This document shows positions 26,838 to 35,518 of a stretch of 64,000 bases of DNA, one piece after another (positions within the stretch are counted from its first letter, which is position 1; each line of letters begins with the position of its first letter). Both the position numbers and the translations under genes were made by a program. The notes under the pieces are model-generated. The model worked only from the letters and a program-made list of their open reading frames with translations, searched no databases and was not told where the DNA came from. Origin of the DNA: Escherichia coli (GTDB taxonomy: Bacteria; Pseudomonadota; Gammaproteobacteria; Enterobacterales; Enterobacteriaceae); the NCBI RefSeq assembly GCF_009931435.1, contig NZ_CP043414.1; one strand, 5' to 3'.

Positions 26838-26880
26838 GGTCCCCTCGCCCCTTTGGGGAGAGGGTTAGGGTGAGGGGAAA
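26838..26880. repeat. GC-rich compound palindrome (cccctcgcccctttggggagagggttagggtgagggg), terminator-like
   Basis: Nested inverted repeats seen directly after the monooxygenase stop. Confidence 0.4.
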
Positions 26881-26967
26881 AATCTTGCCCGAATTAATCA
26901 GTAAGTCAGTTTGTCTGCAAACACCAGAGGCGCTAACATAGCGCCTCATTTTTTTGCGGGTGATGAT

Positions 26968-27915
26968 ATGCGTGTGTTACTGGCGCCGATGGAGGGTGTA
27001 CTCGACTCTCTGGTGCGTGAATTGCTGACCGAAGTTAACGACTACGATCTGTGCATCACCGAGTTTGTCCGCGTGGTGGATCAACTGCTGCCGGTAAAAG
27101 TTTTTCATCGCATTTGCCCGGAGCTACAAAACGCCAGCCGAACGCCATCCGGTACGCTGGTGCGCGTGCAATTGCTGGGTCAGTTCCCACAATGGCTGGC
27201 AGAGAACGCCGCCCGTGCGGTGGAGTTAGGTTCCTGGGGCGTGGATCTTAATTGCGGCTGTCCGTCGAAAACGGTTAACGGTAGCGGCGGCGGGGCGACA
27301 CTACTCAAAGATCCTGAACTCATCTACCAGGGTGCAAAAGCGATGCGTGAAGCTGTACCGGCGCATTTGCCCGTCAGTGTGAAAGTGCGCCTGGGCTGGG
27401 ACAGCGGTGAGAAGAAATTTGAAATCGCCGATGCGGTTCAACAGGCTGGCGCTACGGAGTTGGTGGTGCATGGGCGGACAAAAGAGCAGGGTTACCGCGC
27501 GGAGCATATTGACTGGCAGGCGATTGGCGAGATTCGCCAACGGCTGAATATTCCGGTGATTGCCAACGGTGAAATCTGGGACTGGCAGAGCGCGCAACAG
27601 TGTATGGCGATAAGCGGCTGTGACGCGGTGATGATTGGTCGCGGAGCGCTCAATATTCCCAATCTGAGCCGAGTGGTAAAATATAACGAACCGCGAATGC
27701 CGTGGCCGGAGGTGGTTGCTTTGCTACAAAAATATACCCGTCTGGAAAAGCAGGGCGATACCGGGTTATATCACGTTGCGCGGATTAAACAGTGGTTGAG
27801 TTATTTGCGTAAAGAATACGATGAAGCAACAGAATTATTTCAGCATGTTCGGGTGTTGAATAATTCCCCTGATATTGCAAGGGCTATTCAGGCAATTGAT
27901 ATCGAGAAACTCTAA
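26968..27915 (+). CDS. dusC: tRNA-dihydrouridine(16) synthase DusC
   Basis: N-terminus [33 protein letters not shown]; start trimmed from the track ORF. Confidence 0.9.
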   Translation: MRVLLAPMEGVLDSLVRELLTEVNDYDLCITEFVRVVDQLLPVKVFHRICPELQNASRTPSGTLVRVQLLGQFPQWLAENAARAVELGSWGVDLNCGCPSKTVNGSGGGATLLKDPELIYQGAKAMREAVPAHLPVSVKVRLGWDSGEKKFEIADAVQQAGATELVVHGRTKEQGYRAEHIDWQAIGEIRQRLNIPVIANGEIWDWQSAQQCMAISGCDAVMIGRGALNIPNLSRVVKYNEPRMPWPEVVALLQKYTRLEKQGDTGLYHVARIKQWLSYLRKEYDEATELFQHVRVLNNSPDIARAIQAIDIEKL

Positions 27916-27960
27916 GAAACCATAGTGATGTTTTTTGACAATGTCTTAGCTCTTTATCAA

Positions 27961-28200
27961 TAGGCCGCACGGTTGTTTGGTGGCGTCAAAATCGCCGAGG
28001 CGTTCCCTGAAGGCCGGGGCAGCCCACATGGATGTGGGCTGAGGGCGCGTTTTACAGGGATGTTACCTCGCGCCCGACCCGGTAGCCGTAAGGGATAAGC
28101 CGAGGGCACCGCGCAGCGGCGATTTTGTTCGCCAGAGCCCGGGGGTGCAGGGGGCGGCGGCGACTGGTCGCCCCTTGCGCGCTCCTTGCGCTAGTGATTA
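27961..28200. other. GC-rich non-coding element with long-range inverted repeats and a perfect internal palindrome
   Basis: tggcgtcaaaatcgccg (27983-27999) pairs with cggcgattttgttcgcca (28118-28135); palindrome gcccacatggatgtgggc at 28022-28039; no ORF of 60 aa or more. Confidence 0.3.
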
Positions 28201-28287
28201 TATGAAGCAATGCACATGACAGGAGCGCAACAGGATGAGAGACTGAAATATTCTCGTTATTTTCGGATCTGATGACGTTAATTAATT

Positions 28288-28371
28288 TTAAAATATCATC
28301 TTAAATACGCCAGTCACCACCAGTAGTCCAATCAGGAAAATAATCAATACAGCCCAGAGTATAATTTTCAT
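28288..28371 (-). CDS. yohP: Small membrane protein YohP (27 aa, MKIILWAVLIIFLIGLLVVTGVFKMIF)
   Basis: Hand-translated minus-strand ORF identical to my recollection of YohP; single transmembrane helix. Confidence 0.7.
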   Translation of the reverse strand: MKIILWAVLIIFLIGLLVVTGVFKMIF

Positions 28372-28594
28372 TGGCGTTCCTTTATTTGTGAGTGTCGAAT
28401 AAGTATAGGAAAAAACGAAGCCCTTTGCCGTTACTCATAAGTGATTAAGATAAATCGGAGAATATCATTCACTTACTGTATATTTTTCTGAATATGTCGT
28501 TTTATTGCCACTGATGTATTGCCACGCGAAACTAAAAAATATATTGCATCACACGGTAATCTCCGCGCACCTTTTCTTACCTGACTATTCCTCC

Positions 28595-30031
28595 ATGAAT
28601 CGTGATTCCTTTTACCCAGCCATCGCCTGTTTTCCTCTGTTACTGATGCTGGCCGGGTGTGCACCTATGCATGAAACCCGCCAGGCGTTAAGCCAGCAAA
28701 CACCCGCTGCGCAAGTTGACACCGCATTACCCACGGCGCTGAAAAATGGTTGGCCAGACAGCCAATGGTGGCTGGAGTATCACGATAATCAACTTACTTC
28801 ATTAATTAACAATGCACTGCAGAACGCACCGGATATGCAGGTGGCTGAACAGCGCATTCAGCTGGCTGAAACCCAGGCGAAGGCAGTTGCCACTCAGGAT
28901 GGCCCTCAGATCGATTTTTCTGCGGATATGGAGCGGCAAAAAATGTCGGCAGAAGGGCTAATGGGGCCGTTTGCTCTGAACGATCCTGCCGCAGGTACGA
29001 CCGGTCCGTGGTACACCAATGGTACTTTTGGCTTAACGGCGGGCTGGCATCTTGATATTTGGGGAAAGAATCGGGCGGAGGTTACTGCTCGCCTCGGTAC
29101 GGTTAAAGCACGGGCGGCGGAACGCGAGCAAACCCGCCAATTGCTGGCTGGCAGCGTAGCCCGCCTGTACTGGGAGTGGCAAACCCAGGCAGCGTTAAAC
29201 ACTGTTTTGCAGCAAATCGAAAAAGAGCAGAACACCATTATCGCGACCGATCGCCAGCTATATCAGAACGGGATTACTTCTTCAGTTGAAGGTGTGGAAA
29301 CCGATATTAATGCCAGCAAGACCCGGCAGCAGCTCAACGATGTCGTGGGAAAAATGAAAATTATTGAGGCACGGTTAAGCGCACTTACAAATCACCAGAC
29401 AAAGGCATTGAAGCTTAATCCGGTCGCGTTGCCGAAAGTGGCAAGCCAGCTTCCTGATGAACTGGGGTACTCCTTACTGGCCCGGCGGGCAGATTTGCAG
29501 GCGGCGCACTGGTACGTTGAGTCATCGCTAAGCACCATTGATGCGGCAAAAGCGGCATTTTATCCTGACATCAACCTGATGGCCTTCCTGCAACAGGATG
29601 CGTTGCACTTAAGCGATTTGTTCCGTCATTCCGCGCAGCAAATGGGCGTTACGGCAGGCCTGACGCTACCCATTTTCGATAGTGGTCGTCTTAACGCCAA
29701 CCTGGATATCGCGAAAGCCGAAAGCAACTTGTCGATCGCCAGCTACAACAAAGCGGTGGTTGAAGCGGTGAATGATGTGGCGCGGGCTGCCAGTCAGGTT
29801 CAGACATTGGCCGAGAAAAACCTGCATCAGGCGCAAATTGAACGCGATGCCTTACGTGTGGTAGGTCTTGCACAGGCGCGCTTTAACGCGGGCATCATTG
29901 CCGGTTCCCGCGTCAGCGAAGCCAGAATCCCGGCGCTGCGTGAGCGTGCCAATGGCCTGTTATTGCAAGGGCAGTTGCTGGATGCCTCCGTTCAACTAAC
30001 CGGGGCGCTGGGCGGGGGGTACAAACGTTGA
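28595..30031 (+). CDS. mdtQ: Outer membrane efflux lipoprotein, NodT/OprM family (MdtQ), apparently intact
   Basis: 478-aa frame from MNRDSFYPAIACFPLLLMLAGC (lipobox LAGC) with no internal stops. Confidence 0.85.
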   Translation: MNRDSFYPAIACFPLLLMLAGCAPMHETRQALSQQTPAAQVDTALPTALKNGWPDSQWWLEYHDNQLTSLINNALQNAPDMQVAEQRIQLAETQAKAVATQDGPQIDFSADMERQKMSAEGLMGPFALNDPAAGTTGPWYTNGTFGLTAGWHLDIWGKNRAEVTARLGTVKARAAEREQTRQLLAGSVARLYWEWQTQAALNTVLQQIEKEQNTIIATDRQLYQNGITSSVEGVETDINASKTRQQLNDVVGKMKIIEARLSALTNHQTKALKLNPVALPKVASQLPDELGYSLLARRADLQAAHWYVESSLSTIDAAKAAFYPDINLMAFLQQDALHLSDLFRHSAQQMGVTAGLTLPIFDSGRLNANLDIAKAESNLSIASYNKAVVEAVNDVARAASQVQTLAEKNLHQAQIERDALRVVGLAQARFNAGIIAGSRVSEARIPALRERANGLLLQGQLLDASVQLTGALGGGYKR

Positions 30032-30083
30032 TGATATGCGCCTTCTATACTTAACGTTTATTCAGCGTTAAGTGGAGAACTCG

Positions 30084-30845
30084 ATGGCACAGGTCGCGAT
30101 TATTACCGCTTCCGATTCGGGGATCGGCAAAGAGTGCGCGTTATTACTGGCGCAGCAGGGTTTTGATATTGGTATTACCTGGCACTCAGATGAAGAAGGG
30201 GCAAAAGATACCGCGCGTGAGGTGGTTAGCCACGGCGTACGTGCGGAGATGGTGCAGCTCGATCTCGGTAAACTGCCAGAGGGGGCACTGGCGCTGGAGA
30301 AACTTATTCAACGGCTGGGGCGCATCGATGTGCTCGTGAATAATGCGGGCACAATGACCAAAGCACCGTTTCTTGATATGGCTTTCGATGAGTGGCGCAA
30401 GATTTTTACCGTTGATGTTGATGGTGCATTTTTATGCTCGCAAATTGCGGCCCGCCAGATGGTGAAACAAGGGCAGGGCGGTCGCATCATCAACATTACG
30501 TCGGTACATGAGCATACGCCGCTGCCGGATGCCAGCGCCTATACAGCCGCTAAACATGCACTCGGTGGGCTAACCAAAGCGATGGCGCTGGAGCTGGTCA
30601 GGCATAAGATTTTGGTGAATGCAGTCGCGCCTGGGGCTATCGCCACGCCAATGAATGGCATGGATGACGGCGACGTGAAGCCCGACGAGGAGCCTTCGAT
30701 TCCCCTGCGGCGTTTCGGCGCAACGCATGAGATTGCCAGCCTGGTGGCGTGGTTATGCTCTGAAGGCGCAAATTACACCACCGGGCAGTCGTTAATTGTC
30801 GATGGTGGCTTTATGCTGGCGAATCCGCAGTTCAACCCAGAATAG
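30084..30845 (+). CDS. yohF: Short-chain dehydrogenase/reductase YohF
   Basis: N-terminus MAQVAIITASDSGIGKE (Rossmann TASxxGIG) and NNAG motif. Confidence 0.9.
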   Translation: MAQVAIITASDSGIGKECALLLAQQGFDIGITWHSDEEGAKDTAREVVSHGVRAEMVQLDLGKLPEGALALEKLIQRLGRIDVLVNNAGTMTKAPFLDMAFDEWRKIFTVDVDGAFLCSQIAARQMVKQGQGGRIINITSVHEHTPLPDASAYTAAKHALGGLTKAMALELVRHKILVNAVAPGAIATPMNGMDDGDVKPDEEPSIPLRRFGATHEIASLVAWLCSEGANYTTGQSLIVDGGFMLANPQFNPE

Positions 30846-30886
30846 CGCAGTGAGGTGCGTGGTTGTTTCAATGGGTAATCTTTGGT

Positions 30887-30966
30887 AGGCATGATAAGAC
30901 GTGCAAGCGTCGCATCAGGCATGGTGCGACGGATGTCGGATGCGGCGCAAACGCCTTATTCTAGGC
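30887..30966. repeat. BIME/REP cluster
   Basis: Multiple gcatcaggc/ggatgcggcg REP cores between convergent yohF and yohD. Confidence 0.5.
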
Positions 30967-30973
30967 AATGGTT

Positions 30974-31552
30974 TTACGCCTGATCATCCGGCTTTTTCTT
31001 CCCGCGTCGTTTCAGCCACCAGCGCACGCCAACCACCAGAACCACGACCAGAATCAACCAGACCCAGTGCTTCAAATGCTGGTCGAGATTGTGCAACCAC
31101 GGCGCAATCACCTGACCACCAGCATAACCGATAGTGGTAAAAATCAACGCCCAGGCAAATGCGCCGAGAATATTCAGCGGCAGAAAGATTTTCGGCGGCA
31201 GCTGGCTGGCACCAATCAGCGTCGGGCCAATGACCCGAAAGCCATACATAAAACGCGTACCAATGACAAACAGATACGGATGGCGTTGGATAAGTTTCTG
31301 CGCCCGCTCAATTTTATCCTGATGTTTCGAGAAACGGCGTAATAGCTTGCCGCCAAAGCGCCGCCCGCACAGATAAAGCACCTGGTCGCCAATCATGCCG
31401 CCAAGCGCCACAGAAAGTACCACCAGCGGGAACTTTAATAGTCCCTGATGTGCCGCAACGCCTCCCAGCAAAGTCACGGTTTCACCTTCCGCCAGGCTAC
31501 CGATCACCAGCGCGGCATAACCATATTGTGAGATGAGTGTATTGAGATCCAT
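30974..31552 (-). CDS. yohD: DedA-family inner membrane protein YohD
   Basis: 192-aa product starting MDLNTLISQYGYAALVIGSLAEGE. Confidence 0.9.
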   Translation of the reverse strand: MDLNTLISQYGYAALVIGSLAEGETVTLLGGVAAHQGLLKFPLVVLSVALGGMIGDQVLYLCGRRFGGKLLRRFSKHQDKIERAQKLIQRHPYLFVIGTRFMYGFRVIGPTLIGASQLPPKIFLPLNILGAFAWALIFTTIGYAGGQVIAPWLHNLDQHLKHWVWLILVVVLVVGVRWWLKRRGKKKPDDQA

Positions 31553-31721
31553 AGGCCCGTCTGTCTCCCTTTGGTTGCTTGTAAGCATACACCCTGTGAA
31601 TCATTCACGCTGAAAAAGGACGCTCATCAGACGGTGCAAATTCTATGAATGCACAAAAAATAATCACAAGCTGACTTATACTTGAACTGTCAGGTTCATG
31701 AACTCACAACAAGGGGGCGGT

Positions 31722-32309
31722 ATGAGCCATGTCTGGGGACTGTTTTCCCATCCCGATCGTGAAATGCAGGTGATTAATCGCGAAAACGAAACGATTTCTC
31801 ATCACTACACCCACCACGTTTTGCTGATGGCGGCAATTCCGGTGATTTGCGCCTTCATTGGCACCACGCAAATTGGCTGGAATTTTGGCGATGGCACTAT
31901 CCTGAAGTTATCCTGGTTCACCGGACTGGCGCTGGCCGTCTTGTTTTATGGCGTTATGCTGGCTGGGGTCGCGGTGATGGGGCGGGTCATTTGGTGGATG
32001 GCACGCAATTACCCGCAGCGTCCGTCGCTTGCGCACTGTATGGTCTTCGCGGGCTACGTTGCGACGCCGCTGTTTTTAAGCGGTCTGGTGGCGCTTTACC
32101 CGCTGGTCTGGTTGTGTGCGCTGGTCGGCACGGTGGCGCTGTTTTACACCGGCTACCTGCTTTACCTCGGTATTCCAAGCTTCCTGAATATCAACAAAGA
32201 GGAAGGCCTTAGCTTCTCCAGTTCGACGCTGGCGATTGGCGTGCTGGTACTGGAAGTGCTGCTCGCCCTTACCGTTATACTATGGGGTTACGGTTATCGT
32301 TTGTTCTAG
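31722..32309 (+). CDS. yohC: Yip1-family inner membrane protein YohC
   Basis: 195-aa product starting MSHVWGLFSHPDREMQ. Confidence 0.85.
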   Translation: MSHVWGLFSHPDREMQVINRENETISHHYTHHVLLMAAIPVICAFIGTTQIGWNFGDGTILKLSWFTGLALAVLFYGVMLAGVAVMGRVIWWMARNYPQRPSLAHCMVFAGYVATPLFLSGLVALYPLVWLCALVGTVALFYTGYLLYLGIPSFLNINKEEGLSFSSSTLAIGVLVLEVLLALTVILWGYGYRLF

Positions 32310-32482
32310 AAAGTTCTTTTGTGTTGCATTGCTGGCGTAAATGTCAGCAATGCAGCATTTCCTCACGATTCTCCTTTGACGATCGCACTTTTTGCTCGTT
32401 ATGATGGCGTCGCTAGCCTCAGTAAATCCTTACTCCGGCGGTGCGCAACCCGTGCGCGTGAACCACTATCTGAATGCTCATC

Positions 32483-33415
32483 ATGCCGAAATTTCGAGTT
32501 TCTTTATTTAGCCTGGCCCTGATGCTGGCTGTGCCTTTTGCACCACAGGCCGTTGCGAAAACGGCAGCCGCTACCACCGCTTCACAGCCGGAAATTGCCT
32601 CCGGTAGCGCGATGATTGTTGATCTGAATACCAACAAAGTGATCTATTCGAACCACCCGGATTTGGTGCGTCCGATTGCGTCTATCAGTAAATTAATGAC
32701 CGCGATGGTTGTGCTGGATGCACGATTGCCGCTGGATGAAAAACTGAAAGTGGATATCAGCCAGACGCCGGAGATGAAAGGGGTCTATTCGCGCGTACGA
32801 CTGAACAGCGAAATCAGCCGTAAAGAGATGCTGTTGCTGGCGCTGATGTCTTCAGAAAACCGCGCGGCGGCAAGCCTTGCGCACCATTATCCCGGTGGTT
32901 ACAAAGCCTTTATTAAGGCGATGAATGCGAAAGCGAAATCGCTCGGAATGAACAACACGCGCTTTGTTGAACCGACCGGATTGTCGGTGCATAACGTTTC
33001 AACTGCCCGTGACTTAACCAAACTGCTCATTGCCAGCAAACAATATCCGTTGATTGGTCAGTTAAGTACTACCAGGGAAGATATGGCAACCTTCTCTAAC
33101 CCGACGTATACGCTGCCGTTCCGCAATACTAACCATCTGGTGTATCGCGATAACTGGAATATTCAGTTAACCAAAACCGGCTTTACCAATGCGGCGGGCC
33201 ATTGTCTGGTGATGCGTACGGTTATCAATAATAAACCGGTGGCGCTGGTAGTGATGGATGCGTTTGGCAAATATACCCATTTTGCCGATGCCAGCCGCCT
33301 GCGTACCTGGATTGAAACCGGTAAAGTGATGCCTGTTCCGGCAGCAGCGTTGAGCTATAAAAAACAAAAAGCCGCCCAGATGGCGGCGGCGGGGCAGACG
33401 GCGCAGAACGATTAA
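32483..33415 (+). CDS. pbpG: D-alanyl-D-alanine endopeptidase PBP7
   Basis: Signal peptide [25 protein letters not shown]; SISKLMT (SxxK) active-site motif. Confidence 0.9.
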   Translation: MPKFRVSLFSLALMLAVPFAPQAVAKTAAATTASQPEIASGSAMIVDLNTNKVIYSNHPDLVRPIASISKLMTAMVVLDARLPLDEKLKVDISQTPEMKGVYSRVRLNSEISRKEMLLLALMSSENRAAASLAHHYPGGYKAFIKAMNAKAKSLGMNNTRFVEPTGLSVHNVSTARDLTKLLIASKQYPLIGQLSTTREDMATFSNPTYTLPFRNTNHLVYRDNWNIQLTKTGFTNAAGHCLVMRTVINNKPVALVVMDAFGKYTHFADASRLRTWIETGKVMPVPAAALSYKKQKAAQMAAAGQTAQND

Positions 33416-33416
33416 G

Positions 33417-33590
33417 GGTAGGCAGGATAAGGCGTTTACGCCGCATCAGGCATTCGGAGCACAATGCCTGATGCGATGCTTGCGCATCTTATCAGGCCTA
33501 CAAACGTGACGCGTCCGTAGGCAGGATAAGGCGTTCACGCCGCATCCGGCATTCGGTGCACGATGCCTGATGCGATGCTTCTATTTGCAT
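33417..33590. repeat. BIME: at least three REP units
   Basis: Repeated ggataaggcgtt(t/c)acgccgcatc and gcctgatgcgatgct cores seen directly. Confidence 0.6.
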
Positions 33591-33607
33591 CAGACATCCA
33601 GCCGTAT

Positions 33608-35323
33608 TTACTCCACTTCCTGCCAGTTTTTCCGCTTACTGGTTTTACCGATCCCCGGATTCATGCTGTTGGTCGGATCGTTCTCGCGATAGAACTTCTG
33701 CAACGTCTCCGGTGCTTTATACAAATGACCGACGTTATGCTCGGCAGGGTATTGCGCGCCGCGCTGCTGTAGCAGTTCCAGCATCTGTTCTTTCAACGCA
33801 TGCACATCCACGCCTTTTTTAACGATGTAATCCTGATGGAAGACATAGCACATAAAATGGCCGTAATAGAGCTTGTGCACCAACTGACTGTCGATCTCCG
33901 GCGGTAAATGCTCATACCATTCGGTGTCGTTACGCCGCAGAGCGATATCCAGCGCCAGAATGTCTTCGACTTCATCGGAATGCACGGCCTGATAACGAAT
34001 TGCTGCGCCCGCAGCGGCGAAACGGTGTAAAAACGCTTTGCTGCCTTCCTCCGGCGTACAGACAAAGAAATCGCCCTCGGCCTGTTTGAAATAATCCACC
34101 AGCCACGATTTAGCTTCGCCGACGCCATCGCCCGCCATTTTTAACAGCAGATGATGTTCATATTTATCGCGCCAGCTTTTCATACGCGGTGGTAAATGGC
34201 TGGGGAACAGGTGACCGAATTTTTGCATCGCACGGTCGGTAAAATGCGGACGGAAGAATTTCACTTTCTCCAGCATCGCATCGGTGCGTCCCTTGAGATT
34301 AAAGAAGAACGGCATCTTGTCGGTGCCTAACTTATCAATCATCAGGAAGGTGTCTTTGCCGTATTTTTCCGCGATATCGTAGATATCCCGGTGCATATAT
34401 TCCCCGGCAACCGGCAGGTTCTCGAAATTAGCCAGGATATGGCGGCGGATTTCGGTCAGTACTTCCGGCTGGTTGGTGCCGATATAAAACACCTGCTGAT
34501 TTTTTTCTGCTTCGAAGGTATCAAGACGTACCGCAAAGACGGCCAGTTTACCGGCGCAACCGGAGGATTCAAACAGGCGATCCGGGTCGGCGTTATAACG
34601 TGCGGGTGTGTCGGCTTCAATATCACGAACGCGGTGGACATAGTCATAATCGTGGGCGTGACGACCATCGTGGCGCACATCGTCATCTTTGATGCGATCG
34701 TCATCCAGCTTGCTAAGGATCTGCTCCGGCGTTTCGCCGAGATCAATCCCCAGATGGTTCACCAGCGTCAGTTTGCCGTCTTCATTTATACGCGCGAATA
34801 ACGACATTTCGGTATACGCCGGGCCACGCTGCACCAGCGAGCCGCCGGAGTTGTTACAAATACCGCCGATGACCGATGCGCCTATACACGATGAGCCAAT
34901 CACCGAGTGCGGTTCGCGTCCCAGCGGTTTGAGGGCTTTTTCCAGCGAATAAAGCGTGGTGCCCGGATAGGCCAGCACCTGTTCGCCCTTGCCAAGAACG
35001 TGCAGCTTGTCGAGACGCAGGGTGCTGATGATCACGATATCGCGATCATAGTCGTTACCGTTTGGCGTCGAGCCTTCGGTCAGACCTGTATTGGCAGCCT
35101 GCATCAGAATAATTTTGTCGGCGGTGACGCAGGCTTTCAGCACCCGCCACAATTCCAGTAGTGAGCCAGGGAAAACGACAGCCAGCGCGTCGCCCTGACC
35201 AGAACGGAAGCCCTTGCGATAGCGGGCCGTTTTTGCGGGATCGGTGAGCAGGTGTGAATGACCGACCAGACGGGCAAGTTCATTCAAAAAGGCTTTATTA
35301 TCAGTTGTTGTCATGGAAGACAT
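33608..35323 (-). CDS. dld: FAD-dependent respiratory D-lactate dehydrogenase
   Basis: 571-aa product starting MSSMTTTDNKAFLNELARLVG; matches recalled Dld. Confidence 0.95.
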   Translation of the reverse strand: MSSMTTTDNKAFLNELARLVGHSHLLTDPAKTARYRKGFRSGQGDALAVVFPGSLLELWRVLKACVTADKIILMQAANTGLTEGSTPNGNDYDRDIVIISTLRLDKLHVLGKGEQVLAYPGTTLYSLEKALKPLGREPHSVIGSSCIGASVIGGICNNSGGSLVQRGPAYTEMSLFARINEDGKLTLVNHLGIDLGETPEQILSKLDDDRIKDDDVRHDGRHAHDYDYVHRVRDIEADTPARYNADPDRLFESSGCAGKLAVFAVRLDTFEAEKNQQVFYIGTNQPEVLTEIRRHILANFENLPVAGEYMHRDIYDIAEKYGKDTFLMIDKLGTDKMPFFFNLKGRTDAMLEKVKFFRPHFTDRAMQKFGHLFPSHLPPRMKSWRDKYEHHLLLKMAGDGVGEAKSWLVDYFKQAEGDFFVCTPEEGSKAFLHRFAAAGAAIRYQAVHSDEVEDILALDIALRRNDTEWYEHLPPEIDSQLVHKLYYGHFMCYVFHQDYIVKKGVDVHALKEQMLELLQQRGAQYPAEHNVGHLYKAPETLQKFYRENDPTNSMNPGIGKTSKRKNWQEVE

Positions 35324-35518
35324 TTTCCACTCCTTGTGGTGGCGAAAAAATATCACAAACTAGCATAGCGCCTTGTATGACAATTCAGCGAGTGAATATT
35401 TTGAAAATTCAGACAATAAACTGAGCATTCTTTTTCTCTCTCCATCATGCTTATGGCAAACTACGGTTTTTGCACCATTTTCGCTGCCTCGTCGGGCAAC
35501 AGAGGAAGAATAATCCAT

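Noticed and set aside
27961-28200. GC-rich element as a possible protein-coding remnant or mobile-element fragment
   Set aside because: No ORF of 60 aa or more, no inverted terminal repeats typical of IS elements and no recognisable transposase fragment; kept only as an unexplained structured element.
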